Positions 1-8,137 are shown, counted from the first letter of the stretch. The stretch: DNA of 14,424 nucleotides from Candidatus Heimdallarchaeota archaeon (GCA_030668825.1 DAOVET010000065.1:1-14424); one strand, 5' to 3'. Program-made: numbers and translations. The notes: generated by a model from the sequence alone, not told the origin.

Positions 1-105
1 GCAATGTTAATACCAGTATTTCGAATGCGAAAAGAAGAAACTGCAGAGAAATTCATCAAATCCAAGAAAGCTAAGGTGTTAGAGGTTGATCCATTTGGAG
101 AATAA
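1..105 (+). CDS. 3' end of an upstream gene (partial, unknown product)
   Basis: Frame 1 is open from the window edge (AMLIPVFRMRKEETAEKFIKSKKAKVLEVDPFGE) to TAA at 103-105 and overlaps the start of the next gene. Confidence 0.6.
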   Translation, partial: AMLIPVFRMRKEETAEKFIKSKKAKVLEVDPFGE

Positions 106-1204
106 TCCTGAAATTAATGACATAGTTGACTCTCTGCTTAACGATGTTGAAAATGTTCTCTCAAGATTAGAAGATTGTTTTTCCGACCCTTTAGTAGATG
201 TGAGAAACGAAATCGAAAAACAAGAAGAATCATTAGAAGGTATCAATATTAAAATCCCTTATCCGAGTGTTCGCTATCATACACCAGATACTGTTATTAA
301 ATCAAATGTTGAGAACAAAAAAACGATAATTTCCAAACAAGAACAATCAAACGTTCCAACAAAAGAAAGCATTGAAGAAGAAGCAAAAATAGAGAACGAA
401 TCACCAATAGAATTACCACCAGTTTACAAAGACATTCCCATGCCAAATATGGAGCATAGAATCGCAAATAGAGTGGTAAAGACGCATTCAGAGAGGAGTT
501 CTTCGCAAAGCGAATCCAACTTATCAAAAACAATAGAAAAACAAGATGAAATACAGCAAATAGTAGCTTGTGAAGATGAACTAGAAATCGAGTTTATTGA
601 TATTCCAAGAAGTACAAAACTTATACATTTTTATGGCCCTCCAAGTTCAGGAAAAACAACTTTTGCAATACAATCAGCAATTGAAATTTATCCGAAAAAT
701 ACTTATTATTTTATCACTAGCCATTCTACTTCAGTGATAAAAAGAATAAAACAGCTGATCAATCATCCAAGATGGCTCGAATATAAAGATATTAAGAAAA
801 TTCTCTTCCCTATTGCAACACAAAACTTAGATGAACTTCAATCCGAAATAGAAAAAATCAAAAAACTTGAACCCGAGAGAGTTGGGTTAATAGTTATTGA
901 CCATCTAACTGATTACATTAGAGGAGAGATTTACAAAGAAGAACAAAGAGTGGTTTTGCGGGAGATTCTTGAGCAATTGTATTTACTTGCGGACGAGAAG
1001 AATTGCAAAGTTCTAGTCCTAAATGGTTATTCTTACAACAATGTAGCACCAGCTGGAGATATTGTTGAATCTTATTGTGATATGACACTAACAGCTGAAT
1101 TGGATCAGAAGAAGGTTAATTTCATTACAGAAGATGAGGAAGTCAACGTTCATTTTGATAACTCAGGTATCAAGAATTTACATATAAATATCTACTTCAA
1201 TTGA
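86..1204 (+). CDS. RecA/RadA/RadB-family P-loop ATPase with a long acidic, probably disordered N-terminal extension
   Basis: Walker A FYGPPSSGKTT and Walker B LIVIDH in the C-terminal ~200 aa. The N-terminal ~170 aa are E/S/K/P-rich. TTG start preceded by AAGGTG. Confidence 0.75.
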   Translation: MIHLENNPEINDIVDSLLNDVENVLSRLEDCFSDPLVDVRNEIEKQEESLEGINIKIPYPSVRYHTPDTVIKSNVENKKTIISKQEQSNVPTKESIEEEAKIENESPIELPPVYKDIPMPNMEHRIANRVVKTHSERSSSQSESNLSKTIEKQDEIQQIVACEDELEIEFIDIPRSTKLIHFYGPPSSGKTTFAIQSAIEIYPKNTYYFITSHSTSVIKRIKQLINHPRWLEYKDIKKILFPIATQNLDELQSEIEKIKKLEPERVGLIVIDHLTDYIRGEIYKEEQRVVLREILEQLYLLADEKNCKVLVLNGYSYNNVAPAGDIVESYCDMTLTAELDQKKVNFITEDEEVNVHFDNSGIKNLHINIYFN

Positions 1205-1212
1205 GATTGATG

Positions 1213-1228
1213 AAAAAGAAAAAGAAAA
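1213..1228 (-). terminator. Oligo-T terminator of the ATPase-TOPRIM operon
   Basis: The minus strand reads TTTTCTTTTTCTTTTT directly after the stop codon. An equivalent tract lies at ~12708-12724. Confidence 0.6.
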
Positions 1229-1708
1229 TTACTGAATTTGAATCTCAAAATAGTATTTTTGGAACAATTCCTTTAAACACAGCAAATGATCTGAAGAAAG
1301 TAAGACATCTAATAGTTGTTTAAATTTGTCAATACGAATATTAACTCGTCCATGAAATTCATTTTCATCTCTAGAAAATCCAAAATCTCTTACATCTACT
1401 TTTTCTAATCGAGAAACTCTTAGAACCCAACCTTCAAGTTTTGGATCTAATTCAATTACATAATTATTGTTAGAAGTCTTGAAAACACTATATTTAAAAT
1501 ATTCACTAATTTCAACCTCTTCCATCTCTTTGTATTTTGGTGTAATATAATCTTTATCAACCATTCCAATAGAATTATTCATTCGGAATATCCAGTTCAA
1601 AACATTTCCTTTGCCATGTTTATGTTCCATGTCCTTTTTTGTAATATCAGGGAGCAATTTCTTTATTAGCTCCTCGTCAGAATAACATTCAAATAGAATC
1701 ATTTTCAT
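1229..1708 (-). CDS. Small TOPRIM-fold protein, putative nuclease partner of the ABC ATPase (OLD-TOPRIM/AriB-like)
   Basis: ILFECxSD (conserved Glu after the first beta-strand, ExxxD) and GMVDKD (DxD). It overlaps the ATPase stop by 20 nt, and the paralog at 12725-13204 keeps both motifs. Confidence 0.7.
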   Translation of the reverse strand: MKMILFECYSDEELIKKLLPDITKKDMEHKHGKGNVLNWIFRMNNSIGMVDKDYITPKYKEMEEVEISEYFKYSVFKTSNNNYVIELDPKLEGWVLRVSRLEKVDVRDFGFSRDENEFHGRVNIRIDKFKQLLDVLLSSDHLLCLKELFQKYYFEIQIQ

Positions 1709-2723
1709 GCCCTAGATATTTTTTAATGTTGAAGAATATATTATCCCAATCTAAAACTTCTTCCATCTGCTTTTCTGTCATACAATGAACTTTTGTTTCA
1801 TAATCTTCGTAGTAGGTGAGAAAAACACGTAAATCTTTCTTTGGAGTCTTTTCTACAAGTGATGCTAGCAAATATGGACTATGAGTAGAAATGAAGTACT
1901 GGTTGTTAGATTTATCTATCGCAATAATTTCTGCAATGTATTTAGTATAGAATGGAAAAAGATGCGTTTCAGGTTCTTCAAAAACAAGGATTGATTCCTT
2001 GTTTGATAAAATGGCAGGTATAAGGATGAATAATCTTTGAATTGTTTCTGCAGTGAGATTCAATGAAAAACCAACGAATAAATCGGCATCAAGTTTTACA
2101 ATTTCAATTTTTTTATCTACAGGACGTACATACGTTTTAAAACCAAAAGGATGTAAGATATCTGAAAGAGCACTTCCAAGTTTTTTGTTCGCTTGTAATA
2201 AACTTACTAAATTTGTTCCTAGTGGGGGAAGTAAGAATTCTGTTTCATGTTCAGTGAAATCAGTAAGCTGTTTATATCTGTAAAACTTAATCCGTGGATA
2301 CAATTCATCCACTTCTTCCATATGACCCTGAAAGTCCATATATCTCCCTCTTTCATCGAAGGAGATCCTTATGGATCTTTCCATATTAGGATTGTTCAAA
2401 TCTTCGACTCCTAATCTGAAATGAATAGTATTTCTCTCAGAGGAAATCTGAATTTCTGAGTTATCTATTCTAACAGTTGCTGGAATGTTAACATTGTTAT
2501 CGTAAAAGAAATTCATCATGTATTCAAATCGTACAATATCTCTGCTTATTTGTTCCTTGTCAGAAGTGTACTTGTTATATCTAATCGAGGAAAATAGTCC
2601 TAGAGCCTCTAGAATATTGGATTTTCCTGTATTAGGTTTGCCAATAAATATGTTTACTCTTGAACAATCCAAATCAACATTTTTGATAGATTTAAAATTT
2701 TTGATTGAAATATGCTTTATCAT
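1689..2723 (-). CDS. ABC-type ATPase (AAA_15/AAA_21, OLD/AriA-like)
   Basis: N-terminal IKNFKSI, Walker A IGKPNTGKS, degenerate signature LTAET, Walker B/D-loop LVFEEPETHLFP, H-loop ISTHSP. Confidence 0.9.
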   Translation of the reverse strand: MIKHISIKNFKSIKNVDLDCSRVNIFIGKPNTGKSNILEALGLFSSIRYNKYTSDKEQISRDIVRFEYMMNFFYDNNVNIPATVRIDNSEIQISSERNTIHFRLGVEDLNNPNMERSIRISFDERGRYMDFQGHMEEVDELYPRIKFYRYKQLTDFTEHETEFLLPPLGTNLVSLLQANKKLGSALSDILHPFGFKTYVRPVDKKIEIVKLDADLFVGFSLNLTAETIQRLFILIPAILSNKESILVFEEPETHLFPFYTKYIAEIIAIDKSNNQYFISTHSPYLLASLVEKTPKKDLRVFLTYYEDYETKVHCMTEKQMEEVLDWDNIFFNIKKYLGHENDSI

Positions 2724-2749
2724 TTTCTATACTTAAGGTTAAATTGCAA

Positions 2750-2763
2750 GTTTAAAATTGTTT
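2750..2763 (-). promoter_or_regulatory. BRE/TATA promoter of the ATPase-TOPRIM operon
   Basis: The minus strand reads AAACAATTTTAAAC about 27 nt before the ATG at 2723. Identical at 14246-14259. Confidence 0.6.
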
Positions 2764-3073
2764 TGTAGATAATCTAATGTAACCTCCCAACTTCTAGAAA
2801 GAATGTCATACCACCAGTAATGGGATCTTTGAACAAGAAAGGGTACAAGATAACTTGCATAATTGCTTTTTTTCCCAAACATTTCCGTTTTTCAAGATCG
2901 AATCATTCATGTTAATGTCCTCATAATATCTTGTAAGTTAACCTATTAATGCACCACAATTTTGAATCAATTACAAAGACATTTTTATCGGGGTTTAGAC
3001 CTTGTTAAACATTAATAGAAAGCAAAGAGAGAGCGTTAAAAAGCCTTTTATACTTCTTCTTGTGCGATAATAT

Positions 3074-3907
3074 ATGAGTTCAAGTGCAATCATTATTAAA
3101 CGAATCACTGCACTAAAGGAAATTTTAGTTCAACTCACGAAACTTATCGAAGGTGAGATCACTGATGAGGAGTATCAGGATCTCCTAGCTAATACTCAGA
3201 AAATATCTTTAATATTGAAGGAGAAGAAAATAGGTTCAGGAGAGTACAAAACTGCAGGTTCTTTAAATACACCTTCAAACTTCAAACAAATTGACTTTTT
3301 TGCAAATTTTGAAACATTACTGCAACAAGTTGGACGAAGATTTCTGAAGCAATGTATTTCTGCAGTAAATGCAGGAATTTCAATGTATGAAGAAGATTTA
3401 ATTGAACTTCAGAATAAACCAAAAAATAACCTAGCTAAAATCCCAAGTGAATTAGTTACTGTACAAGAAAAGGAAGTTTCTTCACTTATACAGAATCTTG
3501 AGGACCATCTAGTAAGAATGATTATTACCCAAATTCTGATGAATCCTGAAAAATATTCTGCTAAATACCGAAATATATCTGAACAAAGAAAAAAAGTTGT
3601 AAAAGAGAGCGATAAGTATCAATGCCAAATTTGTACAGAGCAGTTTCCTGAAAATGAATTAGAAATAGATCATATCTATCCTCATAGTTTGGGAGGATCT
3701 AATCTTCCATTTAATCTAATGTCTCTGTGTAGAGAATGCAATAAGAATAAGGGTGCAAGACTAGCTTATTATCAATCGAAAGAAGGACAAAATAAGTTAG
3801 AAATGAATATTAGAGATTTTGTCAAGAATTTAGGAATCATTCTAAATTTTGGAGTTTGGCTTGAAGAAATGAATAAATTTAGAAAAATAGATGGTAGAAT
3901 AGAATAA
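3074..3907 (+). CDS. HNH endonuclease domain protein (helical N-terminal region, C-terminal Zn-binding HNH)
   Basis: CQIC...EIDHIYPHSLGGSN...NLMSLCRECNKNK is a canonical CxxC-DH-GG-N-CxxCN HNH signature. Confidence 0.9.
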   Translation: MSSSAIIIKRITALKEILVQLTKLIEGEITDEEYQDLLANTQKISLILKEKKIGSGEYKTAGSLNTPSNFKQIDFFANFETLLQQVGRRFLKQCISAVNAGISMYEEDLIELQNKPKNNLAKIPSELVTVQEKEVSSLIQNLEDHLVRMIITQILMNPEKYSAKYRNISEQRKKVVKESDKYQCQICTEQFPENELEIDHIYPHSLGGSNLPFNLMSLCRECNKNKGARLAYYQSKEGQNKLEMNIRDFVKNLGIILNFGVWLEEMNKFRKIDGRIE

Positions 3908-3914
3908 GTGACCT

Positions 3915-4583
3915 CTATTTCTTTGTCGTATTTTTCTTGTCTCTTTTCTCTATTGCTTTTCTAGCTCCTTCAGGCAATTTTCCATAAAATGAATTGAGTT
4001 CTTTTTCTTGTGTAATTAGTACATTAACAATCATGTTGATTATTGAAAAAAGAGCAGTTGCCATGTCAATATCATCTGTAAGATCAATTTCGCCAGGATG
4101 TACAGCATTGTTGCCTATAATCCTCACAAAATCCAATCCTTTTTGAATCTGTTCAGGCAATCCTTTCTCTACCAAACTTGCTATGTCCTTATCGATGTAC
4201 TTGCCTTCTTCACCTAAATGTTTCATCAATTTTTGTATTGACAATCGTAATAGAGCAGCAGCTGCTCTAGGAGAATCAGAGACAATATTTCTAGCTTCAA
4301 GATAATCTTCTTTTACATCTTTAGGCATATTTTCAACAGGAAGAGGAGCTGAAGATGTTCTTGGAGATATAATTTTTCTAGAAAACCACAATGCAAATTT
4401 CTCACAATGAGAACAAATACTTACATCAATCCCTTCTAGTTCATCATAATATGTTCTATTAATACTAGTAGAACGAGTACGAGAACATGAAGCATTAAAC
4501 CATTCTTGATGTGAATAAACCCCACAATGGGGACAATGGAAGCTATCTGTGTAAAATTTTGGTGGAAAATACTTTTCGCTCAT
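3915..4583 (-). CDS. DUF4145 (HEPN-like) domain protein with N-terminal Zn-ribbon
   Basis: CPHC and CSHC; DYLEA...SPRAAAALLRLSIQ; RIIGNNAVHPGEI, typical of DUF4145. Confidence 0.85.
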   Translation of the reverse strand: MSEKYFPPKFYTDSFHCPHCGVYSHQEWFNASCSRTRSTSINRTYYDELEGIDVSICSHCEKFALWFSRKIISPRTSSAPLPVENMPKDVKEDYLEARNIVSDSPRAAAALLRLSIQKLMKHLGEEGKYIDKDIASLVEKGLPEQIQKGLDFVRIIGNNAVHPGEIDLTDDIDMATALFSIINMIVNVLITQEKELNSFYGKLPEGARKAIEKRDKKNTTKK

Positions 4584-4659
4584 TTTAAAAACATCTTAGT
4601 ATTATACTTATTGTTTTTGTAAAACCACGATTTCTTCTGTATTAATTGTTGCGGTTACT

Positions 4660-4749
4660 TCATTTTTTAAAGGAAGAACCTTTGAAGAATTTCATTTTTA
4701 TCCTACTCATTAACCGACTTCGTTCTTCTTTTGTAAAGATATCATTCAT
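4660..4749 (-). pseudogene. Truncated 5' stub of a very-short-patch-repair (Vsr) endonuclease gene
   Basis: Not in the ORF track. It translates to MNDIFTKEERSRLMSRIKMKFFKGSSFKK*. The first 18 aa fit the Vsr N-terminal pattern MxDxFTxExRSxxMSRI(R/K), but the expected (S)KNTKPE does not follow. A promoter-like CGAAAAATATTAAG lies at 4773-4786. Confidence 0.7.
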
Positions 4750-4887
4750 TATTATACATAGAAAAAGCACAACTTAATATTTTTCGATAAATATCTATGA
4801 TTACTTTCATTTGATTCAAGTAACAATGAATAAATTGACTGTTCTCATACAACTCACCGAAAGTTTATATTCTTTCACCCATTTAGA

Positions 4888-5436
4888 TTGTTCATGGCAG
4901 TGGATTGGAGTACTTTCTGGTCAGATATATTATCTGCTTTTATTCAAGGTTTAATAATACTAATTCTTGGAGCTGTTATTGCTTGGTTCTTAACACATAA
5001 CTATCAAAGAAGGAAGGACAGAAAGCAAGTGAAAAATCAGCTAATTGACGAAGTTCAGGATTTAATACTTTTATTAGAGGAAACAAATATTTCTTGGAAA
5101 ATTTGGAGAGAGAATCCAAAGGATTATAAGAATTTAGTTAAAACAGAATTATGTGCAAGTAACGCAATGAGAAAAGCAAAAATCATAGATACTAAATTTG
5201 ATAATTGGATTCCTAAATTTAATAATAAAACGATTATTGACAAGGCTATAAAAGAAGGTTATTTAAAGCACGAATTTTATGATTTTAATGAGACATTAAT
5301 CAATTATGGGGATAGTTTACTAGATGTGCTAGATGAAAGAGACACAAGTGAGGAAAATATAAATTCAATAGATGCCTTGTATAGAGAAGCAAATCGTTTC
5401 ATATTAATGATGTTACATAGTTTAATTGGTTTTTAA
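4888..5436 (+). CDS. Hypothetical protein with a single N-terminal TM helix (ATG at 4894 is the likelier start)
   Basis: Hydrophobic FIQGLIILILGAVIAWFL followed by basic QRRKDRK. GAAAGTTTATAT TATA box at ~4859-4870. Confidence 0.75.
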   Translation: MFMAVDWSTFWSDILSAFIQGLIILILGAVIAWFLTHNYQRRKDRKQVKNQLIDEVQDLILLLEETNISWKIWRENPKDYKNLVKTELCASNAMRKAKIIDTKFDNWIPKFNNKTIIDKAIKEGYLKHEFYDFNETLINYGDSLLDVLDERDTSEENINSIDALYREANRFILMMLHSLIGF

Positions 5437-5506
5437 AATGTAATTTGTAATTCATAGATCAATAACTCTCTTATTTCTATCTCTTTTTTCATTCATTTTA
5501 TTTTCT

Positions 5507-5737
5507 TCAGAACCATATTTTCTCTAATAGTTTTCTTATATCTTCATCTGATGATTTCAGTAACTCTTCAGGTATTTCGGGAGCGTTCATTAATGAACCA
5601 CTTCTAGATGTTGGATCGGATAAACACATAAATCCATTGATTAACCATTCTGCAAGGAATATTACTAGTTTCTTCAGCTCTTCATTCTTTCTCTCTAATT
5701 CAGCTATTTGACCTTTCATTCTTAAATGGGATACCAT
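5507..5737 (-). CDS. Small hypothetical protein with N-terminal coiled coil
   Basis: Stand-alone ORF with heptad-like IAELERKNEELKKL and an AT box upstream. Confidence 0.6.
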   Translation of the reverse strand: MVSHLRMKGQIAELERKNEELKKLVIFLAEWLINGFMCLSDPTSRSGSLMNAPEIPEELLKSSDEDIRKLLEKIWF

Positions 5738-5879
5738 AAGCTTTCAGTTAGATAAGAATCTAATTAACGTTGCTATTTCATGTAAAAAGAAATCATAGAA
5801 GGATGACATTATACATTAGTGGACAATTTTTATAAATTCCCAGTTTAGAATTGCTACAGCTTTCACGGAGATTGTTAGT

Positions 5880-6158
5880 ATGGATGTCAGTGATAAAATA
5901 AATCAATTAGAAGATGAGATTACTAGTATTGTACTAATTATTGGCACTATTCAAAACACTATAGCTTCATTCTATAGATCAATAGACTATCAGAAAGAGG
6001 CTATTCTAAATATTTTCAAAGAGCTGGATATAAGCAAAATAAATCAAGAAAAAGTTATAATTGAGTTAGAGACAGAAAGAGAGAAGTTAAGAGAAGAATA
6101 TAACCAAGAACTATTAAAAATTCAGGAAGCCTTAGAAAAATTAGGCAAAAAACATTGA
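5880..6158 (+). CDS. Small coiled-coil hypothetical protein
   Basis: E/K/L/I-rich helical sequence, GGAG RBS before the ATG, TTTATAAA box at ~5828-5836. Confidence 0.7.
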   Translation: MDVSDKINQLEDEITSIVLIIGTIQNTIASFYRSIDYQKEAILNIFKELDISKINQEKVIIELETEREKLREEYNQELLKIQEALEKLGKKH

Positions 6159-6243
6159 CCTTAAACTATTACTTTTCTTATTTCATATTTTTATCTAGAT
6201 TCCTATTTGAAGATAGAACAGATTCGATTGTTTTATTTGCATG

Positions 6244-6268
6244 AAATCATTAAAGGGCAGTGTAATAC
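6244..6268 (+). repeat. 25-bp direct repeat, left copy (pairs with 7233-7257)
   Basis: AAATCATTAAAGGGCAGTGTAATAC vs AAATTATAAAAGGACAGTGTATTAC, 21/25 identical. Confidence 0.75.
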
Positions 6269-6306
6269 AATTTTTATTTGTTTTAGTTTTTTTAACATTT
6301 ATCGGA

Positions 6307-7149
6307 TTATATTTGATCTAGTAATTCAATAATTGCATCAGGAAGCCAAAAATCTCTAAAATCGTCGATATTTACAATCCATTTGTTATCTATACCTTCA
6401 CAGATTTTTTTCCATTCTTCTGGTTTATATCTCGCTACTTCTGAAAGCATCCACGAAAAAATGAAAACGTTCAATATTCCCCTATTATCTTTTTGATCAA
6501 TCATTTCTTTCAAAGAAGGAAAGTAATTATCATAATACTCATCCATAGTAAAATTTTTTGTTCCATCATCTTTTTCTAAATAATCAGTACAACGGATTAA
6601 TAATGCAGCAAACACTCCATGAGTTTGTATTTTTGCTTGATGTACAACATCAGGCGATACATCTTTTTTCTTTCTTTTTAAACCGTGAGCACTAAAAAAT
6701 TCTTCAGGCTCAACTTTAAGTTCTAACATTATTACACCTTTTACTATCTGTAATAATGCGTAATATTCAATAATGGGACTTGAATTTATATCCATCTCAA
6801 GGGAGGTTTTATACATCTCATAACCTTGTAAGAAATATATTGAAGCTTTAGATGCAATATCTCTTATTTCTTTCTCTGTTTCAGGAAGAACAACAGAAAT
6901 GTTAACTTGGTAATTTTGAGGTTCTTTAATCCCTTGTTTTTGCCTTATTTTTTCTAGATGCTTAATATTTTCTGGATAAACGTATTGGAATCTCATATAA
7001 GAGTGATGAACATGTTTAACTTCTTTTTCTTTTTCTTTTGAAATTTCAATTGTCTTTAAACGTTGTCTTATTTTGCTTTCAATAGTTGAAGGATAACTTA
7101 ATTTTTTAAGTTCTTTTAGAATTTGTATTTTTCTATGATCCAATATCAT
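6307..7149 (-). CDS. YaaC-like family protein
   Basis: YFLQG..Y, SPIIEYY..LQ..K, HGL and LSEVARYKPEEW match the PLxxYY / HGL / LSxxxRYxPxxW pattern I recall for YaaC-like proteins. Confidence 0.7.
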   Translation of the reverse strand: MILDHRKIQILKELKKLSYPSTIESKIRQRLKTIEISKEKEKEVKHVHHSYMRFQYVYPENIKHLEKIRQKQGIKEPQNYQVNISVVLPETEKEIRDIASKASIYFLQGYEMYKTSLEMDINSSPIIEYYALLQIVKGVIMLELKVEPEEFFSAHGLKRKKKDVSPDVVHQAKIQTHGVFAALLIRCTDYLEKDDGTKNFTMDEYYDNYFPSLKEMIDQKDNRGILNVFIFSWMLSEVARYKPEEWKKICEGIDNKWIVNIDDFRDFWLPDAIIELLDQI

Positions 7150-7232
7150 AAATTAATCTTAAATAAAACAGTATAATTTGTTTTTTATAATTGAGTGATA
7201 TTGAATTGAGCGAAAAACTAACATCTATAAGT

Positions 7233-7257
7233 AAATTATAAAAGGACAGTGTATTAC
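7233..7257 (+). repeat. 25-bp direct repeat, right copy (pairs with 6244-6268)
   Basis: See the left copy. The pair encloses only the YaaC-like gene with its flanks. Confidence 0.75.
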
Positions 7258-7286
7258 GCTATTGTTGGTAAATCACAAGAAGGTGA

Positions 7287-7572
7287 TTGTTTTATATACC
7301 CCTTTGAAAATATAATACTTTGATGAGGAAAATACAAACTTTTGATATTTGGGTTATTTTAGCTATAGGTTCTATCATATTTACAGCTATTGCTGGGTGG
7401 ATTAGATTATCACAAGATAGTTATCCCGCATGGATTTATAATGCGCCTATCGGAGGATTATCCGTGGCTTTAGTTTGTATGGGAATGTGGATGCTTGCGA
7501 GAAAGAGATTCAAAAACGATATTTCAAGATACCCTGAAAATCTTTGAATTAACTTAGTTTGTTTTATATACC
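7287..7572 (+). repeat. 14-bp perfect direct repeat TTGTTTTATATACC at 7287-7300 and 7559-7572
   Basis: Identical 14-mers flank the 7320-7547 gene. The left copy contains that gene's TATA box. Confidence 0.65.
7320..7547 (+). CDS. Small two-TM membrane protein
   Basis: Two hydrophobic segments (IWVILAIGSIIFTAIAGWI; APIGGLSVALVCMGMWML). TTTATATA box about 25 nt upstream. Confidence 0.75.
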   Translation: MMRKIQTFDIWVILAIGSIIFTAIAGWIRLSQDSYPAWIYNAPIGGLSVALVCMGMWMLARKRFKNDISRYPENL

Positions 7573-7666
7573 TGGATAAAGCACACCTTAATTACAATTC
7601 TTCTGGAATACTTGAATGTTTTGCTAGATTTATCTATAAAAGTAAAAGTACTACCAGTGCCTCTTA

Positions 7667-8137
7667 CTAATTCTTAGATTGTTTTTTCTTTGAATTTTTG
7701 ATTTCTGTAGATTTCTGTAAATCTAGAAACACTCCTTTTAATCTCTGTGAAGCTCTATAGAGATTGCTTTCACCAAACTCTTGTTGAATAATAATATTGG
7801 GACTTTGGATTATGTTAATTGTAATTTGTAATTCTCTTCTATACATCATTAATTCGTCAATGATCTTATTATCAAAAAATATAATGTCTCCAGAGGATAT
7901 TAATCCTGTGATAACTTCGTAGAGAGGTAGAACACCTAAATTGTTTCTATAAGTTGTATGTAGAATCTCATCGTTTGTATCAAGCTCAAACAATATTGAT
8001 TTAATGTATTTTCTCTTCTTCTCACTAATTTCATTTCTATCCTTTACTTTCTGAAATAGTAAATCAATACCAAACCCTAAAAAAGCTCCAAAAATTAGAA
8101 AAACTAAATTAATGAGACTAGCAATATAGTCAGCCAT
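7667..8137 (-). CDS. Hypothetical protein with a single N-terminal TM helix
   Basis: LINLVFLIFGAFLGFGIDLL followed by a charged helical domain. AAGTTTATC box upstream. Confidence 0.75.
   Translation of the reverse strand: MADYIASLINLVFLIFGAFLGFGIDLLFQKVKDRNEISEKKRKYIKSILFELDTNDEILHTTYRNNLGVLPLYEVITGLISSGDIIFFDNKIIDELMMYRRELQITINIIQSPNIIIQQEFGESNLYRASQRLKGVFLDLQKSTEIKNSKKKQSKN

Larger units (their letters stand above)
1213..2783. repeat. Copy 1 of a ~1.57 kb direct repeat (terminator + TOPRIM gene + ATPase gene + promoter)
   Basis: Colinear with 12709-14279 at a constant offset of 11,496. Similarity begins at the A-tract and ends at GTAAC (2779-2783 / 14275-14279). Confidence 0.95.

Noticed and set aside
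297-533. 78-aa minus-strand ORF
   Set aside because: Antisense shadow inside the RecA-family gene.
2053-2736. Plus-strand ORFs 2053-2283 and 2518-2736 (and 13549-13779)
   Set aside because: Antisense to the ATPase genes. Recurrence in both copies follows from the duplication.
2993-3010. GTTTA-N8-TAAAC dyad upstream of the HNH gene
   Set aside because: Only 5-bp AT-rich arms in a single copy, which is expected by chance.
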